A DNA stretch of 64,000 nt. Source: Mobula hypostoma (taxonomy: Eukaryota). The first letter of the stretch is position 1. Every line of letters begins with the position of its first letter. A model generated the notes under the pieces. It was not told the origin of the DNA and did not search any database. It saw only the letters and a program-made list of their open reading frames with translations. The stretch covers positions 104,534,001 through 104,598,000 of the forward strand of contig NC_086097.1 of the NCBI RefSeq assembly GCF_963921235.1, read 5' to 3'. Below are positions 13,701 to 27,570 of this stretch, piece by piece. A program made the position numbers and the translations under genes.

Positions 13701-15596
13701 AAATGCAGGGCAGTGAGGAGTGTTGTGAACAGGGTATGACCTGTACAGTAAATGCAGGGCAGTGACGAGTGTTGTGAACAGGGTATGACCTGTACGGTAA
13801 ATGCAGGGCAGTGAGGAGTGTTGTGAACAGGGTATGACCTGTACAGTAAATGCAGGGCAGTGACGAGTGTTGTGAACAGGGTATGACCTGTACGGTAATT
13901 GCAGGGCAGTGACGAGTGTCGTGAACAGGGTATGACCTGTACGGTAAATGCAGGGCAGTGACGAGTGTTGTGAACAGGGTATGACCTGTACGGTAAATGC
14001 AGGGCAGTGACGAGTGTTGTGAACAGGGTATGACCTGTACGGTAAATGCAGGGCAGTGAGGAGTGTTGTGAACAGGGTATGACCTGTACGGTAACTGCAG
14101 GGCAGTGACGAGTGTTGTGAACAGGGTATGACCTGTACCCTAAATGCAGGGCAGTGACGAGTGTTGTGAACAGGATATGATCTGTACGGTAAATGCAGGG
14201 CAGTGAGGAGTGTTGTGAACAGGGTAAGACCTGTATAGTAAATGCAGGGCAGTGACGAGTGTTGTGAACAGGGTATGACCTGTACGGTAAATGCAGGGCA
14301 GTGACGAGTGTTGTGAACAGGGTATGACCTGTACGGTAAATGCAGGGCAGAGAGGAGTGTTGTGAACAGGGTATGACCTCTACAGTAATTGCAGGGCAGT
14401 GACGAGTGTTGTGAACAGGGTATGACCTGTACGGTAAAAGCAGGGCAGTGAGGAGTGTTGTGAACAGGGTATGACCTGTACAGTAAATGCAGGGCAGTGA
14501 CGAGTGTTGTGAACAGGGTATGACATGTACGGTAAATGCAGGGAAGTGACGAGTGTTGTAAACAGGGTATGAACTGTACGGTAAATGCAGGGTAGTGAGG
14601 AGTGTTGTGAACAGGGTATGACCAGTACAGTAAATGCAGGGCAGTGACGAGTGTCGTGAACAGGGTATGACCTGTACGGTAAATGCAGGGCAGTGACGAG
14701 TGTTGTGAACAGGGTATGACCTGTACGGTAAATGCAGGGCAGTGACGAGTGTTGTGAACAGGGTATGACCTGTACGGTAAATGCAGGGTGGTGAGGAGTG
14801 TTGTGAACAGGGTATGACCTGTACAGTAAATGCAGGGCAGTGACGAGTGTTGTGAACAGGGTATGACCTGTACAGTAAATGCAGGGCAGTGACGAGTGTT
14901 GTGAACAGGGTATGACCTGTACAGTAAATGCAGGGCAGTGACGAGTGTTGTGAACAGGGTAAGACCTCTACAGTAAATGCAGGGCAGTGACGAGTGTTGT
15001 GAACAGGGTATGACCTGTACGGTAAATGCAGGGCAGTGAGGAGTGTTGTGAACAGGGTATGACCTGTACCGTAAATACAGGGCAGTGACGAGTGTTGTGA
15101 ACAGGGTATGACCTGTACCGTAAATGCAGGGCAGTGACGAGTGTTGTGAACAGGGTAAGACCTGTACGGTAAATGCAGGGCAGTGACGAGTGTTGTGAAC
15201 AGGGTATGACCTGTACCCTAAATGCAGGGCAGTGACGAGTGTTGTGAACAGGGTATGACCTGTACAGTAAATGCAGGGCAGTGAGGAGTGTTGTGAACAG
15301 GGTATGACCTCTACAGTAATTGCAGGGCAGTGACGAGTGTTGTGAACAGGGTATGACCTGTACAGTAAATGCAGGGCAGTGACGAGTGTTGTGAACAGGG
15401 TATGACCTGTACGGTAAATGCAGGGCAGTGACGAGTGTTGTGAACAGGGTATGACCTGTACGGTAAATGCAGGGCAGTGAGGAGTGTTGTGAACAGGGTA
15501 TGACCTGTACAGTAAATGCAGGGCAGTGACGAGTGTTGTGAACAGGGTATGTCCTGTACGGTAAATGCAGGGCAGTGAGGAGTGTTGTGAACAGGG

Positions 15597-18500
15597 TAAG
15601 ACCTGTACGGTAAATGCAGGGCAGTGACGAGTGTTGTGAACCGGGTATGACCTGTACAGTAAATGCAGGGCGGTGACGAGTGTTGTGAACAGGGTATGAC
15701 CTGTACAGTAATTGCAGGACGGTGACGAGTGTTGTGAACAGGGTATGACCTGTACAGTAAATGCAGGGCCGTGACGAGTGTTGTGAACAGGGTATGACCT
15801 GTACAGTAATTGCAGGGCGGTGACGAGTGTTGTGAACAGGGTATGACCTGTACGGTAAATGCAGGGCAGTGAGGAGTGTTGTGAACAGGGTATGACCTGT
15901 ACGGTAAATGCAGGGCAGTGACGAGTGTCGTGAACAGGGTATGACCTGTACAGTAAATGCAGGGCAGTGACGAGTGTTGTGAACAGGGTATGACCTGTAC
16001 AGTAAATGCAGGGCGGTGACGAGTGTTGTGAACAGAGTATGACCTGTACGGTAAATGCAGGGCAGTGACGAGTGTTGTGAACCGAGTATGACCTGTACGG
16101 TAAATGCAGAGCAGTGAGGAGTGTTGTGAACAGAGTATGACCTGTACGGTAAATGCAGGGCGGTGACGAGCGTTGTGAACAGGGTATGACCTGTACGGTA
16201 AATGCAGGGCAGTGACGCGTGTTGTGAACAGGGTAAGACCTGTACGGTAAATGCAGGGCAGTGACGAGTGTTGTGAACAGGGTATGACCTGTACGGTAAA
16301 TGCAGGGCAGAGAGGAGTGTTGTGAACAGGGTATGACCTCTACAGTAATTGCAGGGCAGTGACGAGTGTTGTGAACAGGGTATGACCTGTACGGTAAATG
16401 CAGGGCAGTGAGGAGTGTTGTGAACAGGGTATGACCTGTACAGTAAATGCAGGGCAGTGACGAGTGTTGTGAACAGGGTATGACCTGTACGGTAAATGCA
16501 GGGCAGTGAGGAGTGTTGTGAACAGGGTATGACCTGTACAGTAAATGCAGGGCGGTGACGAGTGTTGTGAACAGGGGAGGACCTGTACAGTAAATGCAGG
16601 GCAGTGAGGAGTGTTGTGAACAGGGTATGACCTGTACGGTAAATGCAGGGCAGTGACGAGTGTTGTGAACAGGGTATGACCTGTACGGTAAATGCAGGGC
16701 AGTGAGGAGTGTTGTGAACAGGGTATGACCAGTACAGTAAATGCAGGGCAGTGACGAGTGTCGTGAACAGGGTATGACCTGTACAGTAAATGCAGGGCAG
16801 TGACGAGTGTCGTGAACAGGGTATGACCTGCACAGTAAATGCAGGGCTGTGACGAGTGTTGTGAACAGGGTATGACCTGTACGGTAAATGCAGGGCAGTG
16901 ACGAGTGTTGTGAACCGAGTATGACCTGTACAGTCAATGCAGAGCAGTGACGAGTGTTGTGAACAGGGTATGACCTGTACGGTAAATGCAGAGCAGTGAC
17001 GAGTGTTGTGAACAGGGTATGACCTGTACGGTAAATGCAGGGCAGAGAGGAGTGTTGTGAACAGGGTATGACCTGTACGGTAAATGCAGGGTGGTGAGGA
17101 GTGTTGTGAACAGGGTATGACCTGTACGGTAAATGCAGGGCAGTGACGAGTGTTGTGAACAGGGTATGACCTGTACGGTAAATGCAGGGCAGTGAGGAGT
17201 GTTGTGAACAGGGTATGACCTGTACGGTAAATGCAGGGCAGTGAGGAGTGTTGTGAACAGGGTATGACCTGTACGGTAAATGCAGGGCAGTGACGAGTGT
17301 TGTGAACAGGGTATGACCTGTACGGTAATTGCAGGGCGGTGACGAGTGTCGTGAACAGGGTATGACCTGTACGGTAAATGCAGGGCAGTGACGAGTGTTG
17401 TGAACAGGGTATGACCTGTACGGTAAATGCAGGGCAGTGACGAGTGTTGTGAACAGGGTATGACCTGTACGGTAAATGCAGGGCAGAGAGGAGTGTTGTG
17501 AACAGGGTATGACCTGTACGGTAACTGCAGGGCAGTGACGAGTGTTGTGAACAGGGTATGACCTGTACCCTAAATGCAGGGCAGTGACGAGTGTTGTGAA
17601 CAGGATATGATCTGTACAGTAAATGCAGGGCAGTGAGGAGTGTTGTGAACAGGGTAAGACCTGTATAGTAAATGCAGGGCAGTGACGAGTGTTGTGAACA
17701 GGGAATGACCTGTACGGTAAACGCAGGGCAGTGACGAGTGTTGTGAACAGGGTAAGACCTGTACAGTAATTGCAGGGCAGTGAGGAGTGTTTTGAACAGG
17801 GTATGACCTGTACGGTAAATGCAGGGCAGTGACGAGTGTTGTGAACAGGGTATGACCTGTACGGTAAATGCAGGGCAGTGAGGAGTGTTGTGAACAGGGT
17901 ATGACCTCTACAGTAATTGCAGGGCAGTGACGAGTGTTGTGAACAGGGTATGACCTGTACGGTAAATGCAGGGCAGTGAGGAGTGTTGTGAACAGGGTAT
18001 GACCTGTACAGTAAATGCAGGGCAGTGACGAGTGTTGTGAACAGGGTATGACATGTACGGTAAATGCAGGGCAGTGACGAGTGTTGTGAACAGGGTATGA
18101 CCTGTACGGTAAATGCAGGGCAGTGAGGAGTGTTGTGAACAGGGTATGACCAGTACAGTAAATGCAGGGCAGTGACGAGTGTCGTGAACAGGGTATGACC
18201 TGTACGGTAAATGCAGGGCAGTGACGAGTGTTGTGAACAGGGTATGACCTGTACGGTAAATGCAGGGCAGTGAGGAGTGTTGTGAACAGGGTATGACCTG
18301 TACGGTAAATGCAGGGCAGTGAGGAGTGTTGTGAACAGGGTATGACCTGTACGGTAAATGCAGGGCAGTGACGAGTGTTGTGAACAGGGTATGACCTGTA
18401 CGGTAAATGCAGGGCAGTGAGGAGTGTTGTGAACAGGGTATGACCTGTACGGTAAATGCAGGGCAGTGAGGAGTGTTGTGAACAGGGTATGACCTGTACG

Positions 18501-19400
18501 GTAAATGCAGGGCAGTGACGAGTGTTGTGAACAGGGTATGACCTGTACGGTAAATGCAGGGCAGTGAGGAGTGTTGTGAACAGGGTATGACCTGTACAGT
18601 AATTGCAGGGCAGTGACGAGTGTTGTGAACAGGGTATGACCTGTACGGTAAATGCAGGGCAGTGAGGAGTGTTGTGAACAGGGTATGACCTGTACGGTAA
18701 ATGCAGGGCAGTGACGAGTGTTGTGAACAGGGTATGACCTGTACGGTAAATGCAGGGCAGTGACGAGTGTTGTGAACAGGGTAAGACCTGTACGGTAAAT
18801 GCAGGGCAGTGACGAGTGTTGTGAACAGGGTAAGACCTGTACGGTAAATGCAGGGCAGTGACGAGTGTTGTGAACAGGGTAAGACCTGTACGGTAAATGC
18901 AGGGCAGTGACGAGTGTTGTGAACAGGGTAAGACCTGTACAGTAAATGCAGGGCAGTGACGAGTGTTGTGAACAGTGTAAGACCTGTACGGTAAATGCAG
19001 GGTGGTGAGGAGTGTTGTGAACAGGGTATGACCTGTACGGTAAATGCAGGGCAGTGACCAGTGTTGTGAACAGGGTATGACCTGTACGGTAAATGCAGGG
19101 CAGTGAGGAGTGTTGTGAACAGGGTAAGACCTGTACAGTAAATGCAGGGCAGTGACGAGTGTTGTGAACAGGGTATGACCTGTACGGTAAATGCAGGGCA
19201 GTGACGAGTGTTGTGAACAGTGTAAGACCTGTACGGTAAATGCAGGGTGGTGAGGAGTGTTGTGAACAGGGTATGACCTGTACGGTAAATGCAGGGCAGT
19301 GACGAGTGTTGTGAACAGGGTATGACCTGTACGGTAAATGCAGGGCAGTAACTGGTGTCGTGAACAGGGTATGACCTGTACGGTAAATGCAGGGCAGTGA
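15597..19400. repeat. Copy of about 8884-12740 at a 137/136-monomer (6713/6664-bp) offset
   Basis: Offset 6713: GCAGGACGG 9006/15719, GAGCG 9458/16171. Offset 6664: GGCTG 10181/16845, GTCAA 10273/16937, CCCTAA 10904/17568, TAACTGG 12685/19349. Confidence 0.8.
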
Positions 19401-21788
19401 CGAGTGTTGTGAACAGGGTATGACCTGTACGGTAAATGCAGGGCAGTGACTAGTGTCGTGAATAGGGTATGACCTGTACAGTAAATGCAGGGCAGTGACG
19501 CGTGTTGTGAAAAGTGTAAGACCTGTACGGTAAATGCAGGGTGGTGAGGAGTGTTGTGAACAGGGTATGACCTGTACGGTAAATGCAGGGTGGTGAGGAG
19601 TGTTGTGAACAGGGTATGACCTGTACGGTAAAAGCAGGGCAGTGACGAGTGTTGTGAACAGGGTATGACCTGTACGGTAAATGCAGGGCATTGAGGAGTG
19701 TTGTGAACAGGGTATGACCTGTACGGTAAATGCAGGGCAGTGAGGAGTGTTGTGAACAGGGTATGACCTGTACGGTAAATGCAGGGCAGTGACGAGTGTT
19801 GTGAACAGGGTATGACCTGTACGGTAAATGCAGGGCAGTGAGGAGTGTTGTGAACAGGGTATGACCTCTACAGTAATTGCAGGGCAGTGACGAGTGTTGT
19901 GAACAGGGTATGACCTGTACGGTAAATGCAGGGCAGTGAGGAGTGTTGTGAACAGGGTATGACCTGTACAGTAAATGCAGGGCAGTGACGAGTGTTGTGA
20001 ACAGGGTATGACCTGTACGGTAAATGCAGGGCAGTGACGAGTGTTGTGAACAGGGTATGTCCTGTACGGTAAATGCAGGGCAGTGAGGAGTGTTGTGAAC
20101 AGGGTATGACCTGTACGGTAAATGCAGGGCAGTGACGAGTGTTGTGAACAGGGTATGACCTGTACGGTAAATGCAGGGCAGAGAGGAGTGTTATGAACAG
20201 GGTAAGACCTGTACAGTAAATGCAGGGCAATGACGAGTGTTGTGAACAGGGTATGACCTGTACGGTAAATGCAGGGCAGTGACGAGTGTTTTGAACAGGG
20301 TATGACCTGTACGGTAAATGCAGGGCAGAGAGGAGTGTTGTGAACAGGGTATGACCTGTACGGTAAATGCAGGGCAGTGACGAGTGTTGTGAACAGGGTA
20401 TGACCTGTACGGTAAATGCAGGGCAGTGACGAGTGTTGTGAACAGGGTATGACCTGTACAGTAAATGCAGGGCAGTGACGAGTGTTGTGAACAGGGTATG
20501 ACCTGTACGGTAAATGCAGGGTGTTGAGGAGTGTTGTGAACAGGGTATGACCTGTACGGTAAATGCAGGGCAGTGACGAGTGTTGTGAACAGGGTATGAC
20601 CTGTACGGTAAATGCAGGGCAGTGAGGAGTGTTGTGAACAGGGTATGACCTGTACAGTAAATGCAGGGCAGTGACGAGTGTTGTGAACAGGGTATGACCT
20701 GTACGGTAAATGCAGGGCAGTGAGGAGTGTTGTGAACAGGGTATGACCTGTACGGTAAATGCAGGGCAGAGAGGAGTGTTGTGAACAGGGTATGACCTGT
20801 ACGGTAAATGCAGGGTAGTGAGGAGTGTTGTGAACAGGGTATGACCTGTACGGTAAATGCAGGGCAGTGAGGAGTGTTGTGAACAGGGTATGACCTGTAC
20901 GGTAAATGCAGGGCAGTGACGAGTGTTGTGAACAGGGTATGACCTGTACGGTAAATGCAGGGCAGTGAGGAGTGTTGTGAACAGGGTATGACCTGTACAG
21001 TAATTGCAGGGCAGTGACGAGTGTTGTGAACAGGGTATGACCTGTACGGTAAATGCAGGGCAGTGAGGAGTGTTGTGAACAGGGTATGACCTGTACAGTA
21101 AATGCAGGGCAGTGACGAGTGTTGTGAACAGGGTATGACCTGTACAGTAAATGCAGGGCAGTGACGAGTGTTGTGAACAGGGTATGACCTGTACGGTAAA
21201 TGCAGGGCAGTGACGAGTGTTGTGAACAGGGTATGACCTGTACGGTAAATGCAGGGCAGTGACGAGTGTTGTGAACAGGGTATGACCTGTACGGTAAATG
21301 CAGGGCAGTGACGAGTGTTGTGAACAGGGTATGACCTGTACGGTAAATGCAGGGCAGTGAGGAGTGTTGTGAACAGGGTATGACCTGTACAGTAAATGCA
21401 GGGCGGTGACGAGTGTTGTGAACAGGGTATGACCTGTACAGTAAATGCAGGGCAGTGAGGAGTGTTGTGAACAGGGTATGACCTGTACGGTAAATGCAGG
21501 GCAGTGACGAGTGTTGTGAACAGGGTATGACCTGTACGGTAAATGCAGGGCAGTGAGGAGTGTTGTGAACAGGGTATGACCTGTACAGTAAATGCAGGGC
21601 AGTGACGAGTGTCGTGAACAGGGTATGACCTGTACAGTAAATGCAGGGCAGTGACGAGTGTCGTGAACAGGGTATGACCTGTACAGTAAATACAGGGCAG
21701 TGACGAGTGTTGTGAACAGGGTATGACCTGTACGGTAAATGCAGGGCAGTGACGAGTGTTGTGAACCGAGTATGACCTGTACAGTCAA

Positions 21789-23209
21789 TGCAGAGCAGTG
21801 ACGAGTGTTGTGAACAGGGTATGACCTGTACGGTAAATGCAGAGCAGTGACGAGTGTTGTGAACAGGGTATGACCTGTACGGTAAATGCAGGGCAGAGAG
21901 GAGTGTTGTGAACAGGGTATGACCTGTACGGTAAATGCAGGGCAGTGAGGAGTGTTGTGAACAGGGTATGACCTGTACGGTAAATGCAGGGCAGTGACGA
22001 GTGTTGTGAACAGGGTATGACCTGTACGGTAATTGCAGGGCGGTGACGAGTGTCGTGAACAGGGTATGACCTGTACGGTAAATGCAGGGCAGTGACGAGT
22101 GTTGTGAACAGGGTATGACCTGTACGGTAAATGCAGGGCAGTGACGAGTGTTGTGAACAGGGTATGACCTGTACGGTAAATGCAGGGCAGAGAGGAGTGT
22201 TGTGAACAGGGTATGACCTGTACGGTAACTGCAGGGCAGTGACGAGTGTTGTGAACAGGGTATGACCTGTACCCTAAATGCAGGGCAGTGACGAGTGTTG
22301 TGAACAGGATATGATCTGTACAGTAAATGCAGGGCAGTGAGGAGTGTTGTGAACAGGGTAAGACCTGTATAGTAAATGCAGGGCAGTGACGAGTGTTGTG
22401 AACAGGGAATGACCTGTACGGTAAACGCAGGGCAGTGACGAGTGTTGTGAACAGGGTAAGACCTGTACAGTAATTGCAGGGCAGTGAGGAGTGTTTTGAA
22501 CAGGGTATGACCTGTACGGTAAATGCAGGGCAGTGACGAGTGTTGTGAACAGGGTATGACCTGTACGGTAAATGCAGGGCAGAGAGGAGTGTTGTGAACA
22601 GGGTATGACCTCTACAGTAATTGCAGGGCAGTGACGAGTGTTGTGAACAGGGTATGACCTGTACGGTAAAAGCAGGGCAGTGAGGAGTGTTGTGAACAGG
22701 GTATGACCTGTACAGTAAATGCAGGGCAGTGACGAGTGTTGTGAACAGGGTATGACATGTACGGTAAATGCAGGGAAGTGACGAGTGTTGTAAACAGGGT
22801 ATGAACTGTACGGTAAATGCAGGGTAGTGAGGAGTGTTGTGAACAGGGTATGACCAGTACAGTAAATGCAGGGCAGTGACGAGTGTCGTGAACAGGGTAT
22901 GACCTGTACGGTAAATGCAGGGCAGTGACGAGTGTTGTGAACAGGGTATGACCTGTACGGTAAATGCAGGGTGGTGAGGAGTGTTGTGAACAGGGTATGA
23001 CCTGTACAGTAAATGCAGGGCAGTGACGAGTGTCGTGAACAGGGTGTGACCTGTACAGTAAATGCAGGGCAGTGACGAGTGTCGTGAACAGGGTATGACC
23101 TGTACAGTAAATGCAGGGCAGTGGCGAGTGTTGTGAACAGGGTATGACCTGTACGGTAAATGCAGGGCAGTGACGACTGTTGTGAACCGAGTATGACCTG
23201 TACAGTCAA
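21789..23209. repeat. 29-monomer higher-order block, copy 2
   Basis: Same variant order as 768-2188 at offset 21021 bp (429 monomers). ORF-track entries 1253..2188 and 22274..23209 are near-identical 311-aa translations. Confidence 0.85.
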
Positions 23210-25110
23210 TGCAGAGCAGTGACGAGTGTTGTGAACAGGTTATGACCTGTACGGTAAATGCAGAGCAGTGACGAGTGTTGTGAACAGGGTATGACCTGTA
23301 CGGTAAATGCAGGGCAGAGAGGAGTGTTGTGAACAGGGTATGACCTGTACGGTAAATGCAGGGTGGTGAGGAGTGTTGTGAACAGGGTATGACCTGTACG
23401 GTAAATGCAGGGCAGTGAGGAGTGTTGTGAACAGGGTATGACCTGTACGGTAAATGCAGGGCAGTGACGAGTGTTGTGAACAGGGTATGACCTGTACGGT
23501 AAATGCAGGGCAGTGAGGAGTGTTGTGAACAGGGTATGACCTCTACAGTAATTGCAGGGCAGTGACGAGCGTTGTGAACAGGGTATGACCTGTACGGTAA
23601 ATGCAGGGCAGTGAGGAGTGTTGTGAACAGGGTATGACCTGTACAGTAAATGCAGGGCAGTGACGAGTGTTGTGAACAGGGTATGACCTGTACAGTAAAT
23701 GCAGGGCAGTGACGAGTGTTGTGAACAGGGTATGACCTGTACGGTAAATGCAGGGCAGTGACGAGTGTTGTGAACAGGGTAAGACCTGTACGGTAAATGC
23801 AGGGCAGTGACGAGTGTTGTGAACAGTGTAAGACCTGTACGGTAAATGCAGGGCAGTGACGAGTGTTGTGAACAGGGTAAGACCTGTACGGTAAATGCAG
23901 GGCAGTGACGAGTGTTGTGAACAGGGTAAGACCTGTACGGTAAATGCAGGGCAGTGACGAGTGTTGTGAACAGGGTAAGACCTGTACAGTAAATGCAGGG
24001 CAGTGACGCGTGTTGTGAACAGTGTAAGACCTGTACGGTAAATGCAGGGTGGTGAGGAGTGTTGTGAACAGGGTATGACCTGTACGGTAAATGCAGGGCA
24101 GTGACCAGTGTTGTGAACAGGGTATGACCAGTACGGTAAATGCAGGGCAGAGAGGAGTGTTGTGAACAGGGTAAGACCTGTACAGTAAATGCAGGGCAGT
24201 GACGAGTGTTGTGAACAGGGTATGACCTGTACGGTAAATGCAGGGCAGTGACGAGTGTTGTGAACAGGGTAAGACCTGTACGGTAAATGCAGGGTGGTGA
24301 GGAGTGTTGTGAACAGGGTATGACCTGTACAGTAAATGCAGGGCAGTGACGAGTGTTGTGAACAGGGTAAGACCTCTACAGTAAATGCAGGGCAGTGACG
24401 AGTGTTGTGAACAGGGTATGACCTGTACGGTAAATGCAGGGCAGTGACGAGTGTTGTGAACAGGGTATGACCTGTACGGTAAATGCAGGGCAGTGACGAG
24501 TGTTGTGAACAGGGTATGACCTGTACGGTAAATGCAGGGCAGTGACGAGTGTTGTGAACAGGGTATGACCTGTACGGTAAATGCAGGGCAGTGACGAGTG
24601 TTGTGAACAGGGTATGACCTGTACGGTAAATGCAGGGCAGTGAGGAGTGTTGTGAACAGGGTATGACCTGTACAGTAAATGCAGGGCAGTGACGAGTGTT
24701 GTGAACAGGGTATGACCTGTACGGTAAATGCAGGGCAGTGAGGAGTGTTGTGAACAGGGTATGACCTGTACGGTAAATGCAGGGCAGTGACGAGTGTTGT
24801 GAACAGGGTATGACCTGTACGGTAAATGCAGGGCTGTGAGGAGTGTTGTGAACAGGGTATGACCTGTACAGTAAATGAAGGGCAGTGACGAGTGTTGTGA
24901 ACAGGGTATGACCTGTACAGTAAATGCAGGGCAGTGACGAGTGTTGTGAACAGGGTATGACCTGTACAGTAAATGCAGGGCAGTGACGAGTGTTGTGAAC
25001 AGTGTAAGACCTCTACAGTAAATGCAGGGCAGTGACGAGTGTTGTGAACAGGGTATGACCTGTACGGTAAATGCAGGGCAGTGAGGAGTGTTGTGAACAG
25101 GGTATGACCT

Positions 25111-25740
25111 CTACAGTAATTGCAGGGCAGTGACGAGTGTTGTGAACAGGGTATGACCTGTACGGTAAATGCAGGGCAGTGAGGAGTGTTGTGAACAGGG
25201 TATGACCTGTACAGTAAATGCAGGGCAGTGACGAGTGTTGTGAACAGGGTATGACCTGTACGGTAAATGCAGGGCAGTGACGAGTGTTGTGAACAGGGTA
25301 TGTCCTGTACGGTAAATGCAGGGCAGAGAGGAGTGTTGTGAACAGGGTATGACCTGTACGGTAAATGCAGGGCAGTGACGAGTGTTGTGAACAGGGTATG
25401 ACCTGTACGGTAAATGCAGGGCAGAGAGGAGTGTTATGAACAGGGTAAGACCTGTACAGTAAATGCAGGGCAATGACGAGTGTTGTGAACAGGGTATGAC
25501 CTGTACGGTAAATGCAGGGCAGTGACGAGTGTTTTGAACAGGGTATGACCTGTACGGTAAATGCAGGGCAGAGAGGAGTGTTGTGAACAGGGTATGACCT
25601 GTACGGTAAATGCAGGGCAGTGACGAGTGTTGTGAACAGGGTATGACCTGTACGGTAAATGCAGGGCAGTGACGAGTGTTGTGAACAGGGTATGACCTGT
25701 ACAGTAAATGCAGGGCAGTGACGAGTGTTGTGAACAGGGT
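25111..25740. repeat. Copy of about 19868-20500 at a 107-monomer (5243-bp) offset
   Basis: TATGTCC 20056/25299 and the TTA of GTTATG 20191/25434; GGCAATG and GTTTTG variants in the same order. ORFs 19868..20230 and 25111..25473 give identical 120-aa translations. Confidence 0.8.
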
Positions 25741-27570
25741 ATGACCTGTACGGTAAATGCAGGGCAGTGAGGAGTGTTGTGAACAGGGTATGACCTGTAC
25801 GGTAAATGCAGGGCAGTGACGAGTGTTGTGAACAGGGTATGACCTGTACGGTAAATGCAGGGCAGTGAGGAGTGTTGTGAACAGGGTATGACCTGTACAG
25901 TAATTGCAGGGCAGTGACGAGTGTTGTGAACAGGGTATGACCTGTACGGTAAATGCAGGGCAGTGAGGAGTGTTGTGAACAGGGTATGACCTGTACAGTA
26001 AATGCAGGGCAGTGACGAGTGTTGTGAACAGGGTATGACATGTACGGTAAATGCAGGGCAGTGACGAGTGTTGTGAACAGGGTATGACCTGTACGGTAAA
26101 TGCAGGGCAGTGAGGAGTGTTGTGAACAGGGTATGACCTGTACAGTAAATGCAGGGCAGTGACGAGTGTTGTGAACAGGGTATGACCTGTACGGTAAATG
26201 CAGGGCAGTGAGGAGTGTTGTGAACAGGGTATGACCTGTACAGTAAATGCAGGGCAGTGACGAGTGTCGTGAACAGGGTGTGACCTGTACAGTAAATGCA
26301 GGGCAGTGACGAGTGTCGTGAACAGGGTATGACCTGTACAGTAAATGCAGGGCAGTGACGAGTGTTGTGAACAGGGTATGACCTGTACGGTAAATGCAGG
26401 GCAGTGACGAGTGTTGTGAACCGAGTATGACCTGTACAGTCAATGCAGAGCAGTGACGAGTGTTGTGAACAGGTTATGACCTGTACGGTAAATGCAGAGC
26501 AGTGACGAGTGTTGTGAACAGGGTATGACCTGTACGGTAAATGCAGGGCAGAGAGGAGTGTTGTGAACAGGGTATGACCTGTACGGTAAATGCAGGGTGG
26601 TGAGGAGTGTTGTGAACAGGGTATGACCTGTACTGTAAATGCAGGGCAGTGAGGAGTGTTGTGAACAGGGTATGACCTGCACGGTAAATGCAGGGCAGTG
26701 ACGAGTGTTGTGAACAGGGTATGACCTGTACGGTAAATGCAGGGCAGTGAGGAGTGTTGTGAACAGGGTATGACCTCTACAGTAATTGCAGGGCAGTGAC
26801 GAGCGTTGTGAACAGGGTATGACCTGTACGGTAAATGCAGGGCAGTGAGGAGTGTTGTGAACAGGGTATGACCTGTACAGTAAATGCAGGGCAGTGACGA
26901 GTGTTGTGAACAGGGTATGACCTGTACAGTAAATGCAGGGCAGTGACGAGTGTTGTGAACAGGGTATGACCTGTACGGTAAATGCAGGGCAGTGACGAGT
27001 GTTGTGAACAGGGTATGACCTGTACGGTAAATGCAGGGCAGTGACGAGTGTTGTGAACAGGGTATGACCTGTACGGTAAATGCAGGGCAGTGAGGAGTGT
27101 TGTGAACAGGGTATGACCTGTACGGTAAATGCAGGGCAGTGAGGAGTGTTGTGAACAGGGTATGACCTGTACAGTAAATGCAGGGCAGTGACGAGTGTTG
27201 TGAACAGGGTATGACCTGTACAGTAAATGCAGGGCAGTGAGGAGTGTTGTGAACAGGGTATGACCTGTACGGTAAATGCAGGGCAGTGACGAGTGTTGTG
27301 AACAGGGTATGACCTGTACGGTAAATGCAGGGCAGTGAGGAGTGTTGTGAACAGGGTATGACCAGTACAGTAAACGTAGGGCAGTGACGAGTGTCGTGAA
27401 CAGGGTATGACCTGTACAGTAAATGCAGGGCAGTGACGAGTGTCGTGAACAGGGTATGACCTGTACAGTAAATGCAGGGCAGTGACGAGTGTTGTGAACA
27501 GGGTATGACCTGTACGGTAAATGCAGGGCAGTGACGAGTGTTGTGAACCGAGTATGACCTGTACAGTCAA

